Shown here: piece after piece, positions 28,131-44,461 of the stretch
Layout: every line of letters begins with the position of its first letter
How positions within the stretch are numbered: position 1 is the stretch's first letter
Assembly (NCBI RefSeq): GCF_009914755.1
Contig: NC_060940.1
Direction: 5' to 3' (one strand)
Length of the DNA: 64,000 nucleotides
Source of the DNA: the human T2T-CHM13v2.0 reference genome, Homo sapiens
Position numbers and translations under genes: made by a program
Notes under the pieces: model-generated
What the model saw: only the letters and a program-made list of their open reading frames with translations
Database searches by the model: none
What the model was told of the DNA's origin: nothing

Positions 28131-29678
28131 GAAACTGTGGAATGCTTCACGAATTTGCATGTCATCTTTGCTCAGGGGCCATGCATCTACTCCTACTCTT
28201 GGGGACAAGTGGTCCAGCCACCCTTGGAGAGGGAAGGATCTGAGAACTGGAGCAAATATGTGAAGAACACTGTGAAGGGGAAGCAGCAGCATCCAGGCAC
28301 CCTGGGAACTGGGAGTGTGCAAAAACAGGGCATCGGGGAAGTGGATCTGGGAAGGAGAGAAAGGCCCCAGCGCCTTAACTAGCGGGGTATCAGCCCTGGT
28401 AGTCAAGAATAAAGTCCTTCTGCAAAGGCCAGAGTGCTAGAGGAGAGAAATGGCCACGTGACCCCCGGAAGGACTCCCTCTGTACCCCACATGCCTCCCC
28501 ACCGCACCATCTAGGTTTGCTCCCTGAAAAGCTTTGGCACAGGAGCCTCGGGATACCTTTGCTTGACAGCTGCTCAGTTGAACCCCGCTGGCTGGCATCA
28601 GATAGATATTAATATTACCACTTCTGGGTTGCAGCCAGGATTCAGGCCAATCCTTGCCATCCAAATCCACTGGAAGATTATTTCCATTCACTAAGCTGCC
28701 ACCCTCTGTGTCAGACACTGTGCCATGAACTTCACTCATCTTGTCTCATTGAATTCTCATATTTGTGGCAGGTATGATTGTTAAATCCATTGTGAAGATG
28801 GTGAAACTTACAAGTAGACAGCAAAGTCGATACACAAACCCACGTCTGCCTGACTTGAAAGCCCATGCAGCAGCCCCTCACTAAGCATTCCTGGCCATGC
28901 TGCTTGAATCTCTTGCTCCATTGCTGAGTTCTCCATCTCCTTCTCCCTCAAATGCAGCTCCCTTTCCCAGCTGCATTTGAGGGACCAAATTTCTGGACCA
29001 GCAGATCCCTCCACCAATCTCAGGACCAGAACCCTTGAGTTTCTCTTTGCTGCTGCTTTAATGTGTAGTCCCTGGAACTGAGTTTTTGCCAAGTTATGCC
29101 TCTACCTTTTGAGAACAGAGAGGCAGCTTGCACAACATTCAAGCATGGAAACTCTGCAACTGGATCTGGACAGTTGCGGAGTTTGATTCCTTTGACTTTG
29201 AATCCAATGACTTTGAATCCCAGCTCTGTATTTATCAACCACAGACCTTTGACAAGATCGTCACCCTCTGTCTCAGCTTCTCTGTCCATAAAATGGGCAC
29301 AAATATAGCACTTACTCCGTAAGTTCATCGTGAGGATTAAATGAGCTTACCTTCACAACGCACTTAGAAAAGAACTTGAAACCCCATAAGCACCATATAG
29401 ATGTTAGCTATTGTGATTTAATATAGTTCACAGATTTACATTTTTCCCATTTGGGTGCTTTTCTGCCTGGACAATCTTCTTTTCCAGATCTTGTCAGCAC
29501 AGGCTTCTGCACTAATCAGGCTGGTGTCCACACTATACCCTGGGCTAGCTCAGGCTTTCTCCCGATTCTCTGCCTTTGCTGATAAAGGTTATCCCTACCT
29601 GAAATGTTTCCGCTTGCCCTCTCCAAATCCTATCCATCCTTCAAGGCCAAGGTCAAGCCTCATGCTTTCCATGAAGTC

Positions 29679-29990
<312 letters not shown>

Positions 29991-30087
29991 TCCTCGGGCC
30001 ACACAATCTCTCACTTCTGCGCATTCATCCATTTATTCATTCATTTATTTATTCAGCACTTATCATTCAGCACTTATTGTGCGCTGG

Positions 30088-30512
30088 TGCTATCGTTTGG
30101 ATGTTTGACCCCCTTCAAACCTCATGTTGAAATTTGATCCCCAATGCTGAAAGTGGAGCCTGATGAGAGGCAGATGGGTCAGAGAGGTGGATCCCTCATG
30201 AGTAGATTAATGCCCTCCCTTGGGAATGAGCGGATTCTTACTGTATTAGTTCACATGAGCTGGTTGTTTAAAACAGCCTGACACCTCCCCTCTGTCTCTC
30301 TCTTGCTTCCTCTCTTGCCATGTAATCTCTGCATATGCCGGCTCCCCTTGCCTTCTGCTGTGAGTAAAAGCTTCCTGAGCCCTCACCAGAACAGATGCTG
30401 GCACCATGTTTCTTGTACAGCCTGCAGAACCGTGAGCCAAATAAACCTCTGTTATATATAAATTACCCAGCCTCAGAGATTCCTTCACAGCAACACAAAA
30501 CAGACTAAGACA
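30088..30512 (+). mobile_element. MSTB-type MaLR solo LTR inserted in L2
   Basis: tgctatcgtttggatgtttgaccccc...aaacctcatgttgaaatttgatcccc ... cagactaagaca; 5-bp flanks GCTGG/GCCAG. Confidence 0.88.
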
Positions 30513-30688
30513 GCCAGAAGGAGTAATAATCCCAAAAGATATGACCACTGTCCTCATGGAAGTCTCAGTCTAGTAGAGGAGACAAGCACTGAACAAATGA
30601 ACATACACATCAACATCATTCAAAATTGTGATCTATGTCATGAAGGGAAAACATAATGCAAAAAATACAAATATAAATGGGAATCTCT

Positions 30689-31020
<332 letters not shown>

Positions 31021-31836
31021 TTAGCTGGTGGAGGGGAGATCAAAGAAGAGGAAATGACATTTAGGATCAGAGCAAAAGCAAGATTGGGAGTTATTCGAGG
31101 AAAGGGAATAAATAAAGTGTCTAGGGGAAAAAAACCAGCATGTGCAATGTCCTGAGACTGGAGAGACCAAAAACAAACAAACAAACAAAAAACAACCAAC
31201 CAAGCAAACAACAACAACAAAACAGGCCAGTAAGGTGTAGGAAGAGTAGCACTGATGAGAACAGGAAAGAAAGCTGGGTCCAGAGGATGCAGCATTAAGG
31301 GCATGCTAAGGATGTTGAGTTTTGACCCTAAGTGCATTTAGAAGCCATTTGACAGTTTTAATCAGGAATACATTAGACACTACCTAACATGTATTTTCAG
31401 AAGTTTAATAAGTTAGGCACCCAGTGAAATGCTAGTTTCCTAGATCTTATCTCTGGAGTATCATTGCCTGCTTTATCTACAGTCCCTGGTAGGAAGGCAG
31501 GACCCTGTCCTTGGTCACAGATGATTGGATCAAAGATTGCACCTGATATAAGGCCAGCCAATCCAGTCATAGGATGGCCAGTGGTCTAGGATTTGCAACT
31601 AGACTCCAAAAGGTCAGCTGGTCCAATCAGATGATCTCTAAGAGACTTTTAACTAAGAGACACAAAAGGCAATTACCAGTTGGCTACAAGGAGCAGAACA
31701 GAGAGGATATGAGGGACCCATGAGGCTAGGGCTGCAACAGTCAGCCAAATGCAGGTTAAAGTTATACCAAAAAAAACTGCTTGGTAAAGAGAAGACAACT
31801 CTGTAAAGGCTTCTCATTGTACGTAAATAAAATTCA

Positions 31837-32152
<316 letters not shown>

Positions 32153-32222
32153 ATTTGTCTAGGATCTCCAAGTTCTTGCATTATCAGGAGCATGCTGACC
32201 CATTCAACTTTATTCTGTGCCA

Positions 32223-32302
32223 TTAAGTTGGTGCGAAAGTAACTTTATTCTGTGCCATTACTTTCAATGGCAAAAACTGCAATTATTTTTGCGCCAATCT
32301 AA
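32223..32302. mobile_element. MADE1 MITE, full 80 bp, with an altered left arm
   Basis: ttaagttggtgcgaaagtaa...gccattactttcaatggcaaaaactgcaattatttttgcgccaatctaa. Confidence 0.88.
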
Positions 32303-32760
32303 TACTTCCATCTTGCTACCTGCACTCCAGTCAGGCTGTCCTTTTTTCAGTTCCTTGCTCAAGCCTCAGGGCCTTTGCACCTGCCATTCCTACTGATTGA
32401 AATGTCTTCAATCTCTTTACATGGCTGGCCCCTTCTCATCCTTCAGATCTGAGCTGGACAAGTCACTCCTGAGAGAGGACTTTCCTCAACAACTCTCTAA
32501 AGTAGATCACCTCTTATTCTTTACTCGAGTTCATCCTTATTCCCTTGAGAGGTCAAAATTTTGTAATATTTTATTTTGTTTTTGTTTATTTATTTTTATA
32601 GATTTCTCTACAAGAACACACATTTTGTGAGAGCAAGGTCCTTGACCATATAATCCATGCCTAATATGGAGCCGTTCACGTGGTGGGTCGGAAGGAGAAT
32701 GCATTAAGAACTGTTTAGAGGAAAGCAGAAACATCTCAAGGGAGAGGAAGGGAGCGGCTT

Positions 32761-33028
32761 CCTTGTCACTCAGGCTGGAGTGCGGAGATGCGATCACGGC
32801 TCACTGTAGCCTCAGCCTCCTGGGCTCAAGTGATCCTCTCACCTCAGCCTCCTGAGTAGCTGGAACTACAGGTGTGCTGCCACACCCAGCTAATTTTTTT
32901 TATTTTTTGTAGAGACAGGGTCTCACTGTGTTACCCAGGCTGGTATCAAACTCCTGGGCTCAAGTGATCTTCCCGCATCAGGCCCCCAAAGTGTTGGGAT
33001 TTACAGGCATGAGCCACCATTCTTGGTC
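32761..33028 (-). mobile_element. Alu (J), tail missing
   Basis: Reverse Alu body. Confidence 0.9.
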
Positions 33029-33594
33029 TCTTCTTTGTTTCTAATAGCTTCCCTGTCCCGTCTCCTCAAGGCCCATCTCAATTTGAGTTGCCATTCTCAG
33101 ATCCCTGGGTCACTTTTTCTGCATTCCTTCAACAATCCTCCCTTTTCTTGAGCCAGCCTGAGTGGGCTACCAAATAAACACTAACCAGAAGCTGTGTCTC
33201 TAGAACAGAGGAACACTCGGTTACAGGTGTACAGCTGAGAGTCCCTTGTAGAGACAGAACAGCCATGCCAGAATGGTATTTAGTCAGGATGTTTGTTGAA
33301 GAGAGATCAGAACCTCAAAGCAAGTTCAGTTCAGAAACAGCCAAGACTGAGAGAGAACCAGTAACCAGAAAAAAAGTGGCCAGGTCTGAGGGTTTAGTAA
33401 AGCATCAGTCTAAGAAGACATCATAAAGGCAATGGCAAGGCCAAGTCACCAAGTTGAAAGCAAGAATCCCTGGATATTATATAAAATTCATGGTATGTTG
33501 ATAGCTTTATTTTTGTAAATAATAAACAAGTCAAACAAACAAAAAACCAGTTTTGAGATGGTAATCTCGACTTACGGGTCCTTGTCTAATGCTT

Positions 33595-34330
33595 TAGGTA
33601 AGATGCTTTTGGCTGCAAGTAACACCTAACTCCAACTTAACTAGCTTGTATTAATCAGGTAGACTAGGCCATCTGTCATAACAAAATAAATCCTAAAATC
33701 TCAAGTACTTAACAGAAGAAAACTTTATTTCTTACTAAAGACTACTGCAGGCACTCCTGGCTGAGTAACACTCCTAGATGGCTCTACTCCACACAGTGAC
33801 TCAGGGACCCAAGCTGCTTCTGTCTTGTAGTTCTACCATATTGTGGCTTCAGGGCTATCCTGGTGTCATCCACCTGGTAAAGGGAGGGAAGAGAAAAGAA
33901 GTGGTGGTGAGAATGTGAAGGATCATGCACCTAAACATAACAACCTTGGCCCACAAGTAACCCACTTTATGTCACATTCCACTGGTGAGAATGAATCACA
34001 TAGTTCCATCTAAATTCCAGGAGAAAGAATGCTGAAAATGTCATCCATGTCTGGAGAATTGCTTCCAAATAATAATATGTTTATATTATATAAAGTGTGC
34101 ACAAATCTTTGGCAGGTGTCTGCCAGGTAACCTAAATACGAAAAATGTCTGCTCCATAAAAAGAAATCTCAAGGTAAAGGGGTCCCAGGGTTAGTTACTT
34201 CAGCAGCTCAAAGATAAACTCAAGAACCCAAAGTCTTTTTATTTTCCACACTTCCATGCTTAGGCCAATATACTATCATATCTAAATACAATATCCCATT
34301 GTATCAAGGTACAACATCCAGCAGAAAGGT
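33595..34330 (-). mobile_element. Old MLT1-family MaLR LTR fragments
   Basis: ttttggctgcaagtaaca; gtgactcagggacccaagctgcttc; cagcagctcaaagat...ggacccagg-like motifs. Confidence 0.55.
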
Positions 34331-34352
34331 GTCTTTAACAGTGGAAAAAGTA

Positions 34353-34683
<331 letters not shown>

Positions 34684-34904
34684 TCATTCCTAAACCAGTC
34701 ACCAATAAGGGGAATAAAATTACCATCGGGGACCGGCACCAGTGGTTCTCAGCCCTAGCTGTACATTAGCATCACCAAGAGGGAATTCTTTAAAAATACA
34801 AATGTCCAGTCTCCACCCCAGAGATTGTTAATTAGTCTGATGTAAGACTGGGCTTCAGAAGTCACCAATTGATAGCGTGAGGACTAAATTTCATTCACAA
34901 CCAA

Positions 34905-35335
34905 CGCATGGCTGTGTGCACCTGTAGTCCCAGCTACTCGGTAGGCTGGGGTGGGAGGATTGCTTGAACTCAAGAGTTTGAGACCAGCCTGAGTAACACA
35001 GCGAGACCTCACCTCTTTAAAAAAATATATATATATTTTGGCCAGGCTCAATGGCCCAGTGGCCCATGCCTGTAATCTCAGCACTTTGGGAGCCTGGGGT
35101 GGACAGATCACTTGAGCCGAGGAGTTCAAGACCAGCCTAGGCAACATGGCAAAACTCTGTCTCTACAAAACATTAGCCCGGCTTTGAGGCACGCACCTAT
35201 AGGCCCAGTTACTGGGGAGGCTGAGGTGGGAGGATTGCTTGAGCCCAGGAAGTCAAGGCTGCAGTGAGCTATGATTGCACCACTGTACTTCAGCCTGGAT
35301 GACAGAGTGAGACCTTGTCTTAAGGGAAAAAAAAA
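34905..35335 (+). mobile_element. Alu monomer (34905-35025) followed by AluJ (35040-35335)
   Basis: Alu consensus blocks. Confidence 0.88.
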
Positions 35336-35820
35336 TCCTTCTTTTTCATTTTTAGCTTGATCTGTAGTGTGATTTTAAAATTTAGGAACTTACAATGATG
35401 CAGAAAATGGGGCAAAATGTTAACAATTGGTGAATCTGGGTAAATGGTATATGGAAGCTGTTTATAACTTCCTTGCAGTTTTTTCTATAGATTCAAATTA
35501 TATCAAAATTAAAAGAGACCAAAAATGAGGGAAAATGGGAACATACACATAAAAGCCAGGATTTGTGGCTTCTCTTCAAAAATCAGGAAATCTGTAAAAG
35601 CTGGCTCTGCATTCCCACAGGAAATTAAAAGCAGGCCTGAGAAGTAATGCACAGACTCCTGACCAAGTATCTCCAGGGCAAGAGCTTGTGCACCTGTACC
35701 GTTAGCTGGAGCTCAGGTGAGTCTTATAATCAGGTAGTCTTGGGGATCACTCTGGAGTTCTTTTAATTTTTATTCATTTTCTTCTATCCTGTTCCATCCT
35801 CTTCGAACCTCTATGTATAG

Positions 35821-36060
35821 CTTGGATTATTTTTGCCAAGCGCGGCACCTTACACTTGCCCACACTGAAGCTCATCCTTGGCAACTCCTCTGCCCACTCA
35901 CACAGCCTGGTGAGATCTTCCTGCAGCTTATCACCAGCGGCTTGGCATTTCACTACCTGGCACAGTGAAGTGTCATCAGCAAATGTGGAGCTCTCACCAC
36001 TTACACCTCCAGATCAGTTAGGCAAATGTCAAATAAGACCAGTCCCAGCACTGACACCCC
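35821..36060 (-). mobile_element. CR1/L3-clade LINE reverse transcriptase fossil
   Basis: Reverse translation SVLGLVLFDICLTDLE then, after a stop and frameshift, FADDTSLCQVVKCQAAGDKLQEDLTRLCEWAEELPRMSFSVGKCKV; FADD codons at 35972-35983. Confidence 0.85.
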
Positions 36061-36172
36061 ACCACTCTCAATTAATCAATTAACTAACTCATAATAACCC
36101 AACAGACTGTCTGGTAGCAAGCAAAAGAAATCAACTGCAGCTAACTTAAGCAACAGAAGAATTTATTGTAAG

Positions 36173-36416
36173 TCGGGGCCTCTCAACAGCAGCATTATTG
36201 GCATTTGAAGCTGGATAATTCTTTGTTTTGGTGGAGGGTGGTCTGTTCCATTCATGGTGGGATGTGTATCAGCCTCTCTGGCTTCTATCCATGAGATAGC
36301 AGCAGGACGACTCCCCTCCCCTCCAAGTTATGACAACCAAAAATGTCTCCCAGACATTGCCAAATGTCTCCTTGAAGTGGGAGAGGCTAAAGTCACTTCC
36401 AACTGAGAACCACTGG
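36173..36416 (+). mobile_element. MER20 (hAT-Charlie)
   Basis: gctggataattctttgt...tgacaaccaaaaatgtctcc...agacattgccaaatgtc...tgagaaccactg. Confidence 0.88.
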
Positions 36417-36669
36417 TACAGGGGTGGGGAAGTTGAAGCCCAGGCCTTAGAAAATTGGAAACCTGAGTTGTTTTAAGGTTCTAGAGAGCATGGATTAATA
36501 CATGAATGAGTAAATCCTGGCTTCACCATCTACTAGTTGTGCGACTTGACAAGTGACTTAACCTCTCTGTGCCTCAGTTTCCTCACCCATAAAATGGGAT
36601 TATCAGGATAGGTTGGGCTACACAGTGGGAACAAACGACCCTCCAAAATCAGTAGCTTGAAACACATGC

Positions 36670-36992
36670 AGCCAGGTGCGGTGGCTCACGCCTGTAATCC
36701 CAGCATTTTGGGAGGCCCAGGTGGGTGGATCACGTGAGGTCAGAGTTCAAGACCAGCCTGGTCAGCATGGCGAAACACCGTCTCTACTGAAAATACAAAA
36801 ATTAGCCAGACATGGTGGCACGTGCCTGTAATCCCAGGTACTCAGGAGGCTGAGGCAGGAGAATCGCTTGAACCTCAGAGGCAGAGGTTGCAGAGAGGCA
36901 AGATCATGTCACTGCACTCCAGCCTGGGGGACAGAGCAAGATTCCAGCCTGGGGGACAAAGCGGGACTCCATCTTAAAAAAAAAAAAAAAAA
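36670..36992 (+). mobile_element. Alu (S) with a 25-bp 3' tandem duplication
   Basis: ccagcctgggggaca occurs twice. Confidence 0.95.
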
Positions 36993-37254
36993 GAGAGAAA
37001 CACATGCTATGTATCCAACGTGATCAGCTGGGGTTCTGCACATGTTGCCCACTCCAGAAGACAAAAGCTGAGAAGAGGCTCTACCATATGAACATCGTTG
37101 GTCAAAATGAAAAGGAGAAAAGAAAAATAAACTGGCTCTTAAATGTTTCCACCTGCAAGTGATACACATCACTCACATAATTATTGATCAAAACAAGTCC
37201 CATGGCTATACCAAATGTGAAGAATACTGCAAAGTGAAAACCTACCACATGCTG

Positions 37255-38260
37255 TGCAGGGACCAGCCCCACAAGGTCAGTGGGTCTCTCCCCGTGTGCA
37301 GCGACGAGAGAGTGTAGAAATAAAGACACAAGACAAAGAGATAAAAGAAAAGACACCTGGGCCTGGGGGACCACTACCACCAATGTGTGGAGACCGGTAG
37401 TGGCCCCTAATGTCTGGCTGCGCTGTTATTTATTGGATACAAAGCAAAAGGGGCAGGGTAAAGAGTGTGAGTCATCTCCAATGATAGGTAAGGTCACGTG
37501 GGTCACGTGTCCACTGGACGGGGGCCCTTTCCTGCCTGGCAGCCGAGGCAGAGAGAGAGAGGAGACAAAGAGAAAGACAGCTTACACCATTATTTTTGCA
37601 TATCAGAGACTTTTAGTATTTTCACTAATTTACTACTGCTATCTAGAAGGCAGAGCCAGGTGTACAGGATGGAACATGAAGGCGGACTAGGAGCATGACC
37701 ACTGAAGCACAGCATCACAGGGAGACGGTTAGGCCCCTGGATAACTGCGGGCAAGCCTGACAATGTCAGGCCCTCCATAAGAGGTAGAGGAGTAGAGTCG
37801 TCTCTAAACTCACCCCAGGGAAAGGGAGACTCCCTTTCCCGGTCCGCTAAGTAGCAGGTGTTTTTCCTTGACACCGACGCTACCGCTAGACCACCGTCCG
37901 CTCAGCAACGGGCGTCTTCCCAGACGCTGGCGTTACCGCTAGACCAAGGAGCCGTTCTGGTGGCCCTGTCTGGGCATAACAGAAGGCTCGCACTCTTGTC
38001 TTCTGGTCACACCTCACTATGTCCCCTCAGCTCCTATCTCTGTATGGCCTGGTTTTTCTTAGGTTATGATTATAGAGCGAAGATTATTATAATATTGGGA
38101 TAAAGAGTAATTACTACCAACTAATGATTAATGATATTCATATATAATCATCTCTAAGATCTATATCTGGTATAACTATTCTTGTTTTATATTTTATTAT
38201 ACTGGAACAGCTCGTGTCCTCTGTCTCTTGCCTCGGCGCCTGGGTGGCTTGCCGCCCATA
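37255..38260 (-). mobile_element. LTR13 solo LTR (ERVK class), about 1.0 kb
   Basis: Reverse strand starts TaTGGGCGGCAAGCCACCCAGGCGCCGAGGCAAGAGACAGAGGACACGAGCTG and ends GGGGCTGGTCCCTGCA; 6-bp flanks ATGCTG/ATACTG. Confidence 0.9.
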
Positions 38261-38426
38261 ATACTGCAAAAAGGGAGAAGAGGAAATAATGATTGATAAA
38301 CAGCACTAATGTCTAACAAAAGTAATAATGCTGGCTTCATATATTTGTTGGGAAGGGCAAACAAATTAATATATACAAAGTTCTTAGAACAGTGTGTGGC
38401 GTATATTAACTCCCAAATAAACATTA

Positions 38427-38724
<298 letters not shown>

Positions 38725-38735
38725 GCACACTAGCT

Positions 38736-39037
38736 TATTATTATTATTATTATTACTATTACTGAGACAGGGCTTCACTCTGTCTCCAAGGCTGGAGTGT
38801 AATGGTGTATTCACGGCTCACTGCAATCTCAGCTTCCTGGACTCAAGCGATCCCCTTACTTGAGTCTCCTCAGTAGCTGGGCATCATGCCTGGGTATTTA
38901 TTTTTATTTTTTATTTTTGTAAAGATGGAGTCTCACTATGTTGCCCAGGCTGGTCTTGAACTCCTGGACTCAAGCAATCCTCCCACCTTGGTCTCCTAAA
39001 GTGCTGGGATTACAAGCATAAGCCACCATGCCTGGCC
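38736..39037 (-). mobile_element. Alu (J) with (TAT)n tail
   Basis: Reverse Alu, tail-to-tail with the previous one. Confidence 0.92.
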
Positions 39038-39078
39038 TAGTTTATTATTTATTAATTCAGCAACTGTTTATTGGGCAC

Positions 39079-39445
39079 TGTGATAATCACTTTTATGTGT
39101 CAATTTGGCTAACCTATAGTATGGAATTATTCAATCAAACCTAATCCTAATCCAGATGTTGCTATGAAGAAATTTTGTAGGCATGATTAACATGTACAGT
39201 CAGTTAACTTTAAGTAAAGGGGATTACTCTCAATCTTCTGGGTGGGCCCGATACAGTCAGTTAAAGGGCCTTAAGAGTAAAACTGAGGCTTCCCTACAGA
39301 AGAAGAAATCCCACCTGTGGACAGCAACACCAGCTCTTACCCAAGAGTTTTCAGCCTGCCCTTCCTAACAGCCTGCTCTATGGATTTTGGATTTACCCAG
39401 CCAGCCTCCACAATCACATAAGCCCATTCCTTGCAATAAATCCTT
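39079..39445 (+). mobile_element. MLT2-type ERVL LTR fragment
   Basis: tgtgataatcacttttatgtgtcaatttggct...ctttaagtaaaggggattactctc...ttccttgcaataaat. Confidence 0.8.
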
Positions 39446-39507
39446 TCACAGCCTTAACTCTCAATATCCTCTTCCTTCCCTGCCTTCTTCCCTCTCCCCA
39501 CCATGAC

Positions 39508-39976
<469 letters not shown>

Positions 39977-40664
39977 TCCCACCACCATTTTTAAAGACAT
40001 GAAACCTGAATCTTATTCCCCACTTCCAGTCTTGACTCCTCTCTGACCTCTGACCCTCTGGTCCTGACTCTCATAAGAGAAGTCTAGAATGGCTGACTCC
40101 ATCTTGCTACTAGCTTCACAGACTGTCTGTCCTCACTCATTCTTGGGCATAGGCCAAGCTAACCAAAGGAAGAATTTCATTTATAGTTTAACTTTGAAGC
40201 AAGGATAATAATAGCTGCTCCCTAAAACTGATCCCTTCCTTGTTTGGGGACTGAAACCGATTTTGTAAGAATAACGAAAGGTCACAAGATTAGGATTATG
40301 GGAGGGGCCTAAATTCTGCCAAGATGTAGGCATAGAAAAAGGATAATCAGCCAATGTCCCCTAGCTTGCTTTTCTATAATCTGTTTGCTTGACAGTTATA
40401 TGTCCAGAGGTCACAAGATTTATGACTTCTTTAATTGCTCCTGTTGATAGCATCACTATTGTAGAACCCGAAATTGGTCTTTTGAGATGTTTTTCAGACT
40501 TTTGCATTCTGGCAGCCAACTGCCTCCACCTGGACCTCATGATTCCTGACTCAGCCCCCAGAGGCTGACTGAGCATACAAGGACTGTTTCCCATACCCCG
40601 ATGATTTCATCCCCAACCAATCAGTAGCACCCACTCCTTAGCCTCCTGCCCACCAAATTACTTA

Positions 40665-40973
<309 letters not shown>

Positions 40974-41038
40974 CTCTAGCCTCTGAGTTCTTCGGGAGGC
41001 TGATTTGAGTACTTACTCCCATCCTTCCATTCAGCTAG

Positions 41039-41364
<326 letters not shown>

Positions 41365-41687
41365 TAAAGTCTTTGTCTACAGCAATATGGCTGTCTCTGT
41401 GAATTGGTTTTATCTGTGCAGCAGGCAAGATGAACCTGTTACACTCACTCCTACTAGTGCTCACCTGCTTAGAGATCAAGCAGCTTCTTTTCCTGTGCCA
41501 GGTGTCCCAAGGGCTAAAGGACCTCAGAGAGCAGAAACTTTGAGCTATGTGACCATGACTGACTTGCCACACAAAGCTCCCCTACTACCCCAGGCTTATC
41601 CTCCCTATCTTTAAAATAGGCCCAGTTCTAGTCCCTGCTCTGTGGCTTTAGGCAAGGTGCTTTCTGTGCTTCAGTTTACTCAGCTGC

Positions 41688-42264
41688 TGAAGGGCATCAG
41701 AGCATGCCACCCCAAAATATGACACTTTGGCATAAGAATTATTTTGAGCTGAAGGCAATTGAGAAAAAAACAGCAGATGCAGAAAAGTTCTCTACCCTCT
41801 ACTTTCTATATAAAGGCAGAGCATAAAAAGGTGTCCGGGCTCCCTTCTGTCATACCAGGAAAAGGAGATGACTCTTATCACTGGAGATTGCACCAGCTTG
41901 AATCTGCATAAACAAACCTTACTGAAATAACCATTATCTTCTCTTTATTTCCCCCTTTTCTAGGTATTTATCTTCCCACAATTTACCACCCCCAGAAGCA
42001 TAAACCCTTTTCCTTTGTCTTGTCACTTTGTCTTGTCACTTATCCACACATTTATTGCTCTTTGTTAAAATGGTATATAACCTCTCAGGCCTAACCACTT
42101 CTTTGAGTTTTCATTTCCTTTTCTGTGAGATCCATGTATACATGTACAAAATTAAATATTAGCAACAAATACAATCTGTATGCCTTTATCCTTTTGTCAG
42201 TTCAATTTATAGGGTCCTAGTTACGAAATCTAAGAGGGTAGAGGGAAAAAAATGTCTCTCTACA
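41688..42264 (+). mobile_element. MER34-type ERV1 solo LTR inserted in MIR
   Basis: TG...CA termini; catgccaccccaaaatatg...ttttgagctgaaggcaattgag; 4-bp TSD CTGC. Confidence 0.8.
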
Positions 42265-43579
42265 CTGCAAAATGGGGATAACAATAGAATCCTACTCACT
42301 GAGTGCAGTGAAAGTTTAACAAGATGATGCCTACATGGCACTTAACACATGACTGGCTTATAGTCAATACTTAATAAATTATAACTTGTTCAATCATTAG
42401 AAATACAAGCCCTATCCACCCCCAGCCTCAGTATCTTTATCCTTTAAGGTTCCAGGACAATTTAGAGAAGGCAGAACAATTCAGTCACAGAAACTTATCT
42501 GGTTATAATAACCTCAAAGAAGCAGGCAATCCCCACTCCAAGCCTACCTTAGGAAGGGGAACTTCTATGAACATTTTAGGAACCCACCTCCTACAACCTT
42601 TTCTCCAAACCCAGCCCCTCTCATTCCATAATAAAACACTTTGGTTAAGAAGGAAGCCAAGGGGAGCTGGCTTCTCTCTCCTCTACCCTGATCCACTCTC
42701 TGGCACCCAGGATCAATATTGCCATTCTGGATGTGGGGGAGTTACACAAAGTCTTGTGCCTTTGAAGTGCTTGAATTTTCATTTCACATTTTATGTATCA
42801 AGAGGGAAGAGGACCATAAATCATTATTGGCAAGAAAGACAGGAGAAACAGCAGAGGTCAGTATTCTAAAGCAATTAGTTGGGACAACAGAGGGAACAAA
42901 AGGAAAGACATTATGCAAATGGAAGGCCATTCCACCTTGAGAAGATAATGTCTGCTTTGAACATAAAGGAAGCGGTTTAAATCAGCCCAGTTCATTCCAA
43001 TTCTGTTTAAATATTAAGCTTCCTCATGAGTAATATTAGGCCGGGGTAGCATCAGGCCTCTGAAACATTAACACTTTCCTATTCCTCCATAATTATGTTG
43101 GTAATATTCACTGTATTAGATTTTAAATAATTCACAACACTGAACAGGAGTGAGTACAGCAATAAATCTTACATTTCTCCAAAATAACTTAAACCTGATT
43201 GGAGCCTATACCTATCTCTTTTCTTGCAGGTTTCTCCTGTATAGCTTTTTAAATGTCCCCTTAATGGGGAGATGGTCTTTGATAAGAAGTTAATCTCAGG
43301 AAGTGAGTAGAGTCTGACTTCAGTTACATTAGGAGACAGTGAGCCACAATTGAATGGGAAAGATCCCCCTAAAACTATTCGCACAGTGTTGACAAGAACT
43401 ACATGCCGGTTTCTGGACAGAAATATAGTTATAATTAAGCCCTAATCAGGCTGCACTCTGCCCCACTTCCTTGTTGCTAAAGTCACATAGCACTGGACAC
43501 TGACCATTGCATCCTCATGATTCCTATAGATAAGATTTTGGACAGTAGGGTCCTAAGACTGTTTAAGAATTGACTTTTA

Positions 43580-44258
<679 letters not shown>

Positions 44259-44461
44259 TTAAGATGTTTTTCAGATCTCAAATTCCAGTGAAACAGCTGA
44301 TGCCAATCAGTTTGAAGATCCCCAGAGGAACAGGATCAGCATGAGAACACAGCTTCTTCATCCCCCTGTCCCATAACTTTACTCTGCACTCTTCAACCAA
44401 TCAACAATCTCCACACTCCAGCTTACTCCAAAACCCTTAAAAACCCTATCCCCAAATTCCT

